The translations under genes and the position numbers were made by a program. A DNA stretch of 61,804 nucleotides, the filler included, from Jimgerdemannia flammicorona (Eukaryota), in NCBI GenBank assembly GCA_003990765.1. It is 3 parts of 3 records of this genome, joined end to end, with 100 filler letters (N's around TTAATTAATTAA, not from the genome) between each part and the next. Parts side by side here need not be neighbours in the genome. Positions count along the whole stretch, not along the records: positions 41,274 to 61,804 come from RBNJ01001659.1; 2 more parts are not named here. One strand, written 5' to 3'. The notes under the pieces were generated by a model. That model was not told where the DNA came from. It did no database searches and saw only the letters and a list, made by a program, of their open reading frames with translations. Positions 50,621-61,804 of this stretch are shown here, one piece after another. How positions within the stretch are numbered: position 1 is the stretch's first letter; the number at the start of each line of letters is the position of its first letter.

Positions 50621-52524
50621 ACTTCCCCCCAGCGTGGTTCTCCCCCGGTGTCCCCATCCCTTCTCGGATTCTGTCGTCGCTTCTGGTGCACCCTGAGTGG
50701 TTCCTCATGCTGTCCCCCCTTCGCCTTTCCCAGTTGCTTGTCCCGAACTTTCGGGTTTATTCTTCTCTTGGAACACTTTTGTCTCCTCCTTTTTCTTTGG
50801 CTGACTGCCCCCTTTCTCCCCTTCAAGTCTTTGCCTTATCCTTGGGTCCTCGCTTTGTTTTTCCTGTGACTCCCTCACAATTCTCCTTCACTGATCTGGC
50901 TCATCTAACACGTTTTCGTCATGCTCTTGACCTTGCCATCTTCTTTCAAGATCGTGGTGAGATGCCCTCTCGCTATTTTGTTCCTAGCGATTGGGTCCCC
51001 CCTCCCAATGTCTCTTCACACTGCGTATTCCTCGACATGGCTTGCTCTTTGTCCGTTCCTGGACATGCTCGCTCTTGCTTGGTTTTGGACCGTGCCATGC
51101 GTACCGTGCTTAAATCGGTCAAGCAATTGCCTATGCATTTGCTCACAGTCACTGATAAGAATCAGGGTTTTGCACTTATTCCTAAGTCGCTCTACCTTGA
51201 TGGCCTTTCTGCCCTCCTTCGAGCCATGGCTTATGAGCCTAGTGCTCTTGGATTGGATGAGGTTCTCATACTTCTTCGGGTTTCTCTGGCTCATGCTAGA
51301 TTGCTTTCGGATTCCCCGTTCGTGAACCCCATTTTTAACTTCTTCCAGGACTCTTTGTCCTCCCCGGACATTTCTCTTCTGGTTTTTTATGCTCTTCCTA
51401 AAGTTCACAAGCCTGTTTTGGCTTGGCGTCCTATTACGGCTACTTACAGTTCTCCTACCACCGAGATTTTGAAATGGTTATCCCGTTTCTTTCTCTCCTG
51501 GATGGCTCTCTTACAACACTGTCTTGGGCCTGAGTATACTATTCTTCGGGATACTCAGGAGCTTGCCCTTCTCTGCTCCACCATTGTGCCTGTTCACCGC
51601 TTTTCTCATTTGGCCTCTGGTGACTTCTTTTCTTTCTATACTGCTATTCATTTTGATGAGATCGATGATTGCCTTCGCTTCTTGGGCTCCTTAGTTTTTC
51701 CTTTGGACTCCCCAGTTTCATTGGCTTCCATTGTTGAGCTTACACTCCTTGTCTGCGGCTCTAATTATTTTGAGTCGGCCCTTGGCTCCTTTCACCAGAC
51801 TTCTGGTATTGCCATGGGAACGAATTGTGCCCCCACCCTTGCCAATCTTGTTGGCCTGGCCCATGAATTGCGTGTGTTATGTAATATTACTTCACCTCTT
51901 TCCATTGCATTCCAGGCTAGGGATATCTTCTTTCGCCGATACATTGATGACTTTATTATCTTCGCTATTGCTGGCATCGATATCCCTAGTATATTCCTGG
52001 GCGTCTACCCTCCCCATCATTCTATTACTTGGGTGTGCGGTACAACTAGTATTCCCTTTTTGGACCTTTCCATTTCCCTTTCTCCCTTCCGAACTGTTGT
52101 CTATTCCCGTTTTCCCTATTCCCAACAGTTCTCTGACTTCTTGTCCAATCATCCTCGTCGCACTCTTCTTGAATGTGTTCGTGGTGAGGCTCGTCATCTT
52201 GCATTATGCTGCTCCCGTCGTTCTGACTGGGTGTCTGCTGTTCGGGTTCTTGGCAACTTTGTGGTCCATCGTCGTGCCTACCCTATTTCTATCATTCGCG
52301 ATCTGCTTGCTTCTGTTGAATGGTCTGTTGTTCGCTCTTCCCTCCTCTCTCCCCTTTACCCCCCCTCCCTTCCCTCTCTCCCCCCTTACCCTCTCCATAC
52401 CCCCTCTTCTTTCCCACCCCCGATTCTTGTCGTACCATTTGATCGTGCTCGCTGGGTCGCTCAATGCCCTGATACCGTCCTGCACTCTTCTCTTTCATGC
52501 CATGGACTTTCATCTCTTTCCTGA
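50581..52524 (+). CDS. Penelope-like reverse transcriptase, uninterrupted, in the -1 frame relative to ORF1
   Basis: Motifs TDKNQG, FYALPKVHKP...WRPI, GDFFSFYTAI, QTSGIAMGTNCAPTLANL, FRRYIDD, IPFLDL, FLSNHP, GEARHL..CCS and RAYP. The ORF ends without a GIY-YIG domain. Confidence 0.93.
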   Translation, partial: KKSQREGEGLPLLNFPPAWFSPGVPIPSRILSSLLVHPEWFLMLSPLRLSQLLVPNFRVYSSLGTLLSPPFSLADCPLSPLQVFALSLGPRFVFPVTPSQFSFTDLAHLTRFRHALDLAIFFQDRGEMPSRYFVPSDWVPPPNVSSHCVFLDMACSLSVPGHARSCLVLDRAMRTVLKSVKQLPMHLLTVTDKNQGFALIPKSLYLDGLSALLRAMAYEPSALGLDEVLILLRVSLAHARLLSDSPFVNPIFNFFQDSLSSPDISLLVFYALPKVHKPVLAWRPITATYSSPTTEILKWLSRFFLSWMALLQHCLGPEYTILRDTQELALLCSTIVPVHRFSHLASGDFFSFYTAIHFDEIDDCLRFLGSLVFPLDSPVSLASIVELTLLVCGSNYFESALGSFHQTSGIAMGTNCAPTLANLVGLAHELRVLCNITSPLSIAFQARDIFFRRYIDDFIIFAIAGIDIPSIFLGVYPPHHSITWVCGTTSIPFLDLSISLSPFRTVVYSRFPYSQQFSDFLSNHPRRTLLECVRGEARHLALCCSRRSDWVSAVRVLGNFVVHRRAYPISIIRDLLASVEWSVVRSSLLSPLYPPSLPSLPPYPLHTPSSFPPPILVVPFDRARWVAQCPDTVLHSSLSCHGLSSLS

Positions 52525-52629
52525 TGCCCTCTGATTGCTCGTTCGCGTCTTCCTTCTGTTTCTTCTTCAATCCATTGCTCTCGCTTTGCATTTTTGTCAC
52601 CTTTTGGTGCCTCCGGTTCTGCTGGAGAG

Positions 52630-52950
52630 GATTTGGATTTGTTTTGTTTGTGTTTGTTTGTGATTTTTATCCTGCAACTGGGATTGGCTCCCCCTTTATC
52701 TCCGCCTATCTCTGGCGGTCATGTGGTTCCTAATTCAGTTTGCCCCGAGTTGTGGCGTGTCCTCCCTTTTGGGACATCGTATTTTGTATATAAGGACCGC
52801 GTTTTTATGTGGCAATAAACAGCTGATGCAATTTTAGTTATGTTCTTTGTTTGTCCCCCTTATACACGCTCTTCCACATGTCTTCTGTTCACTTTGACAC
52901 TGGCTCTGAGTTCGCTCCCTTGACTCCTGCTGGGCCTTCTTCCTCCTCTG
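52630..52950 (+). repeat. 3' pseudo-LTR (321 bp)
   Basis: Direct repeat of 49167-49487. Confidence 0.97.
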
Positions 52951-55900
52951 TAATTTTAGTATGGAGTGGTAAAGGGGACCTAGGTAGAATCAGGAGCTGG
53001 GGAGACCACTTGATATGGGGAGAATGGTATCAACCAGGGTGGGAGCCAGTGAGGGTTGGCTCTTACTACTGCTCTGCAGACAGAGGTGAGCATATTGTAT
53101 AGATTAAGGGTCTTTTAGAAGAGGGTGTTCTATTGGAGAATAGGGTAGATGTTTGGGAGGTGACTTCAATATGGTTTGGAATCTACAGTTGGATAGAACT
53201 GATGGAGGAAGGAGTGCTGGTGAGAGAAGTGGTGGCCTGAATATATGGAAGAAGGTAGAGAACCTTAGTTCCTTAGGGGATATGGGCAGAATATATTAGA
53301 GAGACAAGAGGATCTATATATACTAAGTGAATGGCCTGGGTACAGGATTGACTGGATCTTGATAGCCAAATGCCGGGGTATGGATGTTTGGAGGGCTATG
53401 GAGGTAGAGTGGTATCAATGGTCAGATCACTGGGGGCTGTTAGGGCAGGGGCAGTTTGGGGAGAGTGGAGATAGATCCAGACATTGGCATCTTAACTCCT
53501 CTCTGCTGGATGAGAAGGTATTATAGGACCCTTGAGTGGAGGACATTCAGGTGAGGATTGCTAGCTGGATACATAAGGGCTCACCAGTGGATATCTGGTA
53601 GACAAAGTTGAAAAAGGCAGCAAGGAGTTACTGGGGAGGAGTTGATAGAGATACTGGGAGATAGAGAAGGAAAAGAGTGAGGTGTGCTTCCAATTGGTTG
53701 ATTAGATTGTAGATAGAATGGGCAGAGTTGTTAAACTCTGGAGAGGGGGATGATTAGAGGCTAGGGCAAGCTAAGCTGGAAGTGATAGAGTTGCAACAAG
53801 TATTGAGAGAGGAGGAAGAGTCACATTTGAAGGGAATGGCAACTTGGCTGAGATAGCAGGGGCTTGAAGAGAGTGAGAGGCCTACAAGATACTTATCAAG
53901 GCTCCTCTAGGCAAGAAGGGTGTAGCATCGATGGGATGGAGTCCTGGACATAGAGGGAGAAATGGTACATGGTACACTACAGATCTTGGGGCTATTGAAG
54001 AAGCAGTGGAGGGGGCTATAGAGTGAGGAGGAAGGGGGTGCTGATGCTGAGACAATTGAAGACACTTTGGAGAGTTGGGAGCTACTGTATGTAGAGGGTC
54101 TGGGGGATTTGATCCTATCAGTCCAAGAGGAGGAGATCCAGAGAGTCCTGGTGGTAACTAAGCTTGGAATGGCACCAGGAGAGGATGGTTTACCTTGGGA
54201 CTTTTGGAAGAAGATGGTGAGAAACTAGGAGAGATAGCAGCCCTCTGTGACCTTGTTCTTCTAAATAATCAGTGGGTTGGAGGATAAGACCTAGGGCTGG
54301 TGACTCTGTTGTATAAAGACAAGGGAAGGAGGGAGGACTGAAAGAACTGAAGACTGATTATGCTTCTGGATATGGACAGGAAGATGATACTAAGATGATT
54401 GTAGTGAGATTACAGAAGGTTGTCCAACAGGTACTGGGAGAGGAGCAGCATGGCTTTGTTGGTGGCAGGCTTATTAGGGATGAGACAGCTTAGGTCTATA
54501 GTATCATTGAAGGGGTACAGACTAGTAGATTAGATGAGAGACTAGTCTTTTTGGACCAGGAGAAGGCCTATGACCACATTCAGTGGGTATGGCTGGGCAA
54601 GGTGCTGGACAGAATTGGAATTCTCCTAATCTTTGGAGCTTCTATATTGAGTCTGTTGGAGGGCAGTAGGGCAGCACTGTTGTGTAATGGCCACTGAGGC
54701 CTGGCATTTCCCTTGAGAAGAGAAGTTCCTCAGAGAGATCCACTGTCTCCTATTCTATATGCCCTTTCATTAGAACCTTTAATGGATAGAATTTGACAGA
54801 AGGTGGCAGGGCTCTTTCTATGATGTAGTGTGGAAGGTGGGGGCCTTTGCAGATAATATGGTGGTTGGACTTAGATCAGTGGCAGATATTGAGGTACTCA
54901 AGGAGATGGTCAAATGGTATGAGGCACATTCTGGAGTGAAACTCAACTGGCATAAGTGTGAGACAATAGTGTTAGACAATGGGCTAGTAGGAGGGGATGT
55001 CATGGAACAATTGTCTCTACAGGAGAGGCAGTGAGATCTCTGGGCATCTTCCTTTCAGTATATGGTTCTGTTTTGCTGAGAGAGGAGGGTGGCCATCTGG
55101 GGGAGGCTCTTAGAGGTTGGGGAGATTGTTGCATCTTCTTAGTAGACTGGGTATCAATTCTGAATGTCTACTGATTCCCCAAGCTGTGGTATATTGCTTA
55201 TCACTTAGACTTTCTAGCTTAGATGGTGAAGAGGCTGCTGAAACTGGCTAGGGATTAGATTTGGACTAGGAGGTAGTCCCAGATCAGTTGGAATACTCTT
55301 TCTAAACCAGTGGTTTGAGGGGGACTAAGATTAGTGGATTTTCCTAAGAGGCTATACTGCCTGAGAGCTTAGTGGTTGAAGTGGGCTATTGAACTATGAG
55401 GGGGGGGGATGGGTACCACTGATGCAGAAGGTGTGGGAGTTGAGGTTCTCTTCAAGAGAGACCTCAGGAGACCTTCTATCTCTGATAGATCTGGGTGGAA
55501 GCTGTTGGCTATGGTATAAAGGCTTCTGATGGGGAGTGGTGGATGGCATACACTACATAGGCTTACACTGGCATAGTAATGAAGGGGAGATGTGTTGGGA
55601 CCAGCAATGTGGAGATGGGACAGATTACTGTTGGTGGGCACTCTACTTCTGGAGTTTGATATTGGTGAGAGAGTGGAGTGTCAGCAGGGTCTCAGTCGGG
55701 ATCTCTGGCCTAGCAGTTGGCAAGCAGTGAAGATTGGTGAGGAGTGGGACTGGGCAGGAGTCTGGTCATAGAGTGCTGAGGTGAAGAAGTGGCTTCCTCC
55801 CAAGTTTTGGATAGTTTGGTGGCAGATACTACAGAGGAATATCATGTTGAATTTTCATACTGGATATCTAGTAGATGGTGGACTTTTAGAATGTGAGAAG

Positions 55901-56325
55901 TGTTATAATATAGGACAAGTTGGGAGATTGATGCAGATACCAAAACATTGACTGGGAGAGTGTGAGATTCTGGAGAACTTTTGGATAGCAGCAGGGAAAT
56001 AGCTAGGGGTGAAGAGGAGACCAGATGGAGAGAGAGGTCATTGAGAAGATTTGAGGACTAGGTTGGTGAGAGGTGTGGGTAATGAATGACTTACTGTAGG
56101 GTGGGTTTTAGATGTATGGATAGGGTTGGCTGGATATTGGCACTTTGTTTTTGAGAAGGGGTGATAGATGAGATTGCTGGAGAGGTTTCTAAGATAGGAG
56201 GGGTTGTTGGGAGATATATTGACTGGGTGGTGGATTGGATGGGGTCTACAGAATAGGCATTGGTACCAACTGGTAGGTGGAAGGGATCTGTGAACAAAGT
56301 GGGGGATGAGTGGAGATAGTTAATG
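52951..56325 (+). mobile_element. Degenerate LINE ORF2 beginning inside the APE domain
   Basis: VGSYYCS, WSDH, APGEDGLP, LDQEKAYDH and AFADN; colinear with 58680-61685. Confidence 0.92.
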
Positions 56326-56339
56326 GCCACTGCTTGACC

Positions 56340-59300
56340 CACTAACATTCATGTCACACAACCTTTGGAACATACTTTTGGATCATTTATTGGAGAAAGC
56401 TACTAAGAACATGGCAACAAACAAGCAAGCTGACATGTGTACTGAGTCAGGTGGACCTGGGGCCTTCAACTGGCAACATATTGGAAGAGAGTATAATTGG
56501 AGATGGGATCTTTCAGGGGTCCAAGTGGGCAGGGCAGTTCAGGCAGTAGTGGTGGCACTGGCAGAGGAGCAGAAGGGTAGGAGGAGAGAAGTTTCATGGA
56601 TATGCTGAAGGCTGGGGGATGGCCTGCTGGGTCTTATGGTGGGCAGGCATAGAGAAAGAGAAAACAAAGAGAAGTGAAGACATTTAGTTTCTTGTCTGAT
56701 AGATAGAAGGGCTGATGGTGAAGTCGCTAGGAGTAGAGGTGGACTACTGATGGGGGTATGATGGTAGATCAGAAAAAAATCAAGATGTGACAGTTGATGG
56801 AGGGGTCAGACCATTGGACCCAAAGCAGATGGAAGACCTGGCTAACAGTGTGATGGGGCTGGTGGTGGCGCCATTACTCAAGAAGTCAACTTCAGAGTTT
56901 GCTATAATCTTGTACTTTCAGGGCTTAGTAGTGACAGTGAAGATGGTTCTGGGGCTTATCTCTAGACAGATGGCTGGAGCTGCCTCAGTGAGATTTCTGA
57001 AGGGGCTGGAGGGGGTTAAGGTGGGATTTGTGGAGGCAGGCCCACTGGAGGATGTATTGAAGACAGGAGTTACTGTAGGAGAGGTGGTGGTCTCTATGGT
57101 ATACTGCTTAAGGTGGGACCCCAGGGTGGTTCAGTTTTGGTAAAGGGGGTGCCTATAGTGATGATGGCTGAGACCAGGAAGAGGGTTGAGGAGGTGATGG
57201 TAGAGTATGGAGATATAGTTGATATTAGATTTCAGGTGTAGAAGGGGACCACTCTCAGGACTGAAGATATGGATGTCAGAATCTGACTTTCTGGGAAAGA
57301 GGCCATGGGGAAGATGAGTGACTGGCCTTCAGTCATGCTGTGGGGAGCCTTTATTTGTAAGGTGTCAAGAGTGAAGGAGAGGGAGAAGAAGGAGAAAGAT
57401 CTGCTAGAGGCATTGGAGGAACAGAGTGGAGTAATGGAAAGAAGAACAAAGGCCTGGAAGGCATATGTGGAGATGACATACTTGGAGATTATTGAGGGGA
57501 AGTATATTCGAGTGGACAAGAAAATGTGGGAGAGGTCTCAGGGTTGCAAGTTGCAGAGGAAGCTGTTGGCAAAGCTAGGGGGAGAGACATTGATGTCTGC
57601 TGGGGGTAGCAAGGATGCTGGGGGAGCCAAGGCAAGTGTCTGGTCTGATAGAAATGGTGTGGTGGAAGGGGGGGGTCAAGTGGAGGCCAGGAAGATGCCT
57701 AGCTGTGATCTATATAATGATGGCACATTTGAAGTCTGGGAGGAGGACTGAGAGGATTCTTCTTCCCCTTCTGCTCTTGTCAGGCAGGGACCTACAGTGA
57801 GAAGATAAGGGGCAGTGGATGTGCCAATGCATGGGGCCCAGTGAGTATGATTTGGAGTTCCTGAGGTGGAAAAGAGGGGTCAGGTAGTGACTATAGGTGA
57901 GGAGGAATTAGTGAATGTCCCTGAGGAGGGGTGGGATGAGGCTGTGAGTGGGGAGGCTGACACAATAATGCTAGATGGGGGTTGACCAGCAATGCCTGGG
58001 GCGAAGGAGGTGGGGAACTTACTCTGGATATGTCAGATGATGAATAACTTGGCTGCTGAGAAGTTGAGAGAGGTGGACTTGAGGGTGATGAGTGATGAGC
58101 ATTGGGTAAGGGTCCTGCATAGTGATGGGGTGGTGGAGGCATTGAAGACAGAAGTACTTGCAGTTTTTCTGGAGGAGGAGGGGTATGAGGTCAATGAGGA
58201 GAGGAAGGCTGAGTTGGCTGTGGTGGCAGGGGAGTGGGCAGTCTACTGTTGGACAGAGCAATATGGCCTGCAGCTCTGGCAGAATGCCTGTCAAGAGTAT
58301 CATGAGTATTTTGAAGAGAAGGAGGAGGGGGAACTAAATGAGCTCTGAGGGGATTGGAGGCAAGGAGAATTAAGAAAGAGGAGTAGGATGCAGAACATAT
58401 CTTAGACTTGGTACAGGAGCAGATAGAGATGGAGTAGTAAAGAGAGTATGGGGACTTCACATCAAAATATTATTCTTAATGAACAGTACAACCAATATTT
58501 TCTCTCTTAATGTGAATGGGCTATGGGGTTCAGGGTGGTATAAGAACATTTTCACTTGGCTTAAGGAACTAGAGGCTGATCTCTTCCTGCTGCAGGATGT
58601 ATGGTGTGAGAATGAAGTAGATCAAGTGGAGTGGACTAGAGAATGGAGAGGAGCTGTAGTATGGATTAGTAAAGTAGCAATATTGGTATAGAGTAGCAAG
58701 GGGGATCTAGGGAGAATCAGGAACTAGAGAGACTGCTTGGTATGGGGGGAGTGGTGTCAACCTGGATGGGAGTTAGTGAGAGTTGGCTCTTGCTACTGCC
58801 CAGTGGCCAGGGGTGAGAGGATTGTATGAATTAAGGAGCTTTTAGAGGAGGGCACTTTCTTAGAAAATGGGGTAGATGTTCTGGGTGGGGACTTTAATAT
58901 GGTGCAAAACCCTCAGATAGATAGAACTGATGGAGGGAGGAGTGCTGGTGGAAGAAGTAGTGGCCTGGATGTATGGGAGGAGGTAGAGAACCTTAGCTCC
59001 TTAGAGAATATGGGCAGAACAAAGTGGGGAGAAAGGAGGATCTACATGTACTGAGTGAATGGCTTAGGTACAAGAATTGACTAGATTCTGTCAGCTGAAT
59101 TCTGGGACTTAGATGTCTGGAGGTCTTTAGAGGTAGAGTGGTGCCCATAGTCTGATTATTGGGATCTGTTAGAGCAGAGGCAGTTTGGGGAGAGTGGAGA
59201 TATCTGGGCATTGGTACCTTAACTCTTCTCTGCTGACTGAGAAAATGTTGTAGGACCCATGGGTAGAGGACATCCAGAAGAGGATAGTGAGCTGGAGACA

Positions 59301-61804
59301 GGAAGGCATGATAGTAGGTGTTCAATAGATAAGGTTGAAAGAAGCTGTGAGGGTATACTGGGGGGGAGCTGGAAGGAATGCTGAGAGGCAGAGAAGGGAA
59401 AGGATGAGGTATGCTTTGAATCAGTTGATTATGATAAACTCTGGTGAGATGGATGATTGGAGGTTAGTGAGAACTAAGATAGAGGTGGTGGAATTACAAC
59501 AGGTGCTGAGAGAGGAGAAGAAGATGTATATGAAAGGAATGGCAGCTAGGCTGAGATGGTAGGGGCTTGAGGAGGGTGAAAGGCCTACTAGGTACTTATC
59601 AAGGCTCCTTAAGACAAGAAGGGTGAGACATCGATGGGATGGAATTCTTGATACAGAAGGGAAAATAGTTCATAGTACACAACAGATATTGGGGGTGTTG
59701 AAGGAGAGGTGGAGAGGGTTGTAGAGTGAAGAGAAAGGGGGTGCTGATGCTAAAACAATCAGTGATACCCTGGAGAATTGGAAGCTGCTGCAGGTAGAGG
59801 GCCTGGGGGATTTGATCCTACCAGTTTAGGAGGAGGAGGTTCAGAGAGTCCTTGTGGCAACTAAGCTTGGAATGACATCTAGAGAGGATGGATTATCTTG
59901 GGACTTTTGGAAGAAGATGGCAAGGGTGTTCCTGGGGTATTAGGAGAAATGACAGCTCTATGTGACCTTATTCTCCTAAATAGTGAGTGGGTTGGAGGGC
60001 AGGACTTAGGACTGGTGGCCCTCCTGTACAAGGAAAAGAGAGAGAGAGAAGACTGGAAGAATTGGTGACTAATCATGCTCCTAGATATGGACAGAAAGAT
60101 GGTTACTAAGGTGATCATGGCAAGGTTGTAGAAAGTTGTCCAACAGGTACTGGGGGAGGAGCAGCAGAGATTTGTTAGAGGCAGACTTATCAGAGATAGA
60201 ACAGCCTGGATCTATAGTATCATTGAAGGAATATGGGCTTGTAGATTGGATGGGAGGCTGGTCTTTCTGGACCAGGAGAAGGCTTATGATCACATTCAGA
60301 GGGTGTAGCTGGACAAGGTGCTGGACAGAATTGGTGTTAGGGAATGGGCTAGTGGGAGGGAATGTCATAGGAACAATTGTCCCTACAGGAGATGGTGCAG
60401 TACCTGGGTATCTTTCTCTCAGTATATGGATCTGTCCTCTCACAGGTGTGGTGGAAGAGGAGGGTGGTCATCTGGGGAGAGACTCTTAGAAGTTGAGAAG
60501 GTCACCATATCTCACTAGCAGACTGGATATCAATTCTGAATATCTACTGATTCCCTAAGCTATGGTATATTACTTATTACTTAGACTTCCCAGCTTGAGT
60601 GGTGAAGAGGATAATGAAGATAGCTAGAGCTTGGATTTGGGCTGGGAGGCAGTCCCAGATCAGTTGGGATACCCTATCATTGCTGGTGGTGAGAGGAGGG
60701 CTAGGACTGGTGGATCTTCCTAAGAGACTTCACAGCCTGAGAGCTTGGTGACTGAAGCAAGCTGCTGAACTATAGGGAGCAAGATGGGTACCACTGATGC
60801 AGAAGGTATGGAAGATGATATTCTCCCTAAGAGAGTCCTCAGGGGACTTACTATTGTTGGTAGGTCTGGGTGGGAGCTGTTGGTTAAGGTATAAAGACCT
60901 CTGGTGAGGGGTAGTAGATGGAGCTCACCATATTGATTTGTACTGACATAGTAATGAAGGGGAGATGCTGTGGGGTCCAAAGATGTAGAGATGGGACAGA
61001 CTGCTATTGGGGGGTACTTCACTGATTGAGTTTGATATTGGTGATAGAGTAGAGTATCAGAGGGGATTGGGTCAGGATATCTGGCCTGGCAGTTGGCAAG
61101 CAGTGAGGATTGGTGAGGAGTGAGACTAGGCAGGAGTCTGGTCATAGAGTGCTGAGATGAGGAGGTGGCTTCCTTCTAAGTTCTGGGTAGTATGGTGGAG
61201 GATACTTTATGTTGAATTTCTATACTGGGCATCTGGTGGATGGGAGAAGACTGGATTGTGAGGAGTGTTATAATGTTGGACAAATTGGGAAATTTGTACA
61301 GATAACAGAACATTGGCTGGGAGAGTGTGAGGTTCTGGGGGACTTTTAGTTAGTAGTAGGTAGACAGTTGGAGGTTAAGAGGGGATCAGATGGGGAGAGA
61401 GATCAATGGGAAGATTTGAGAACTAGGTTGGTGGGAGGTGTGGGCAATGACTAGCTCACTATAGGGTGGGTTTTAGCTATATTGGTAGGGCTGGCTGGAT
61501 ATTGGCTCTTTGTTTTTGAGAAGAGGTAACAGATGGGTCTGCAAGAGAAGTTGTTAAGATAGGAGGAGTTGTTGGGAGATTTATTGACAGGATGGTGGTT
61601 GGGTTGGGGTCCCCAGGGTGGGTACTATTGCCATCTGGTAAAAGGAATCTGTGAACAGAGTAGTGGATGGGTTGTGATAGTTAATAACTTAGTAGTCATA
61701 GGGTGGGGAGAGAAAGATCTCCTAGGGGGATCAAATAGGGGTGGGCTCAATGTATTTATATCAGATAGATGAGTGTATTAATAAAGGATGGAGTCCAAGA
61801 GACA
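56340..61804 (+). mobile_element. Near full-length degenerate LINE (ORF1 ~56411-58440; ORF2 from 58479) with an internal RT deletion
   Basis: MNSTTNIFSLNVNGL and GGDFN are present. The segment with QGDPLSP and ADD is missing at about 60334. The 3' end has AATAAA...AGTCCAAG. Confidence 0.92.

Larger units (their letters stand above)
48668..52950 (+). mobile_element. Endonuclease-less Penelope-like retroelement with one inverted and two direct terminal repeats
   Basis: Architecture: inverted repeat, structured spacer, repeat, ORF1, RT ORF, repeat. PLE-type RT; no GIY-YIG motif found. Confidence 0.9.

Noticed and set aside
49371..50696. 441-aa Pro-rich ORF, and the 267-aa ORF at 51731-52534
   Set aside because: These are shadow frames caused by C/T-rich codon bias in ORF1 and the RT.
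48668..52950. DIRS or classical LTR element
   Set aside because: No tyrosine recombinase, RNase H or integrase. The RT motifs (LPKVHK, GIAMG, SNHP) are PLE-type.

Overview
Eukaryotic, intron-containing fungal DNA. My inference is Mucoromycota, plausibly Endogonales, based on a CABLES homologue, a Crinkler-like gene and decayed Mollicutes-like DNA. The window is three unrelated contigs (1-20537, 20638-41173, 41274-61804) joined by artificial 100-nt N/TTAATTAATTAA spacers. Contig 1 is gene-rich: Crinkler/REase-like gene, C2H2 zinc-finger protein, eIF3e head-to-head with RPL6, CABLES, and two probable pseudogenes. Contigs 2 and 3 are mostly C-to-T-degraded L1/Tx1-type LINEs. They also hold a decayed fragment that resembles Mycoplasma-related endobacterium DNA, a Ty3/gypsy element with dUTPase and an extra 3' ORF, and the most striking feature, an almost intact endonuclease-less Penelope-like retroelement (48668-52950). 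That element has a Zn-motif ORF1, a candidate -1 frameshift into the RT and three copies of a ~320-bp terminal repeat. Two of the copies form a 331-bp fold-back, capped by a Y-shaped hairpin that reads as GNA triloops and purine-rich internal loops on the cDNA strand, a design typical of single-stranded DNA.
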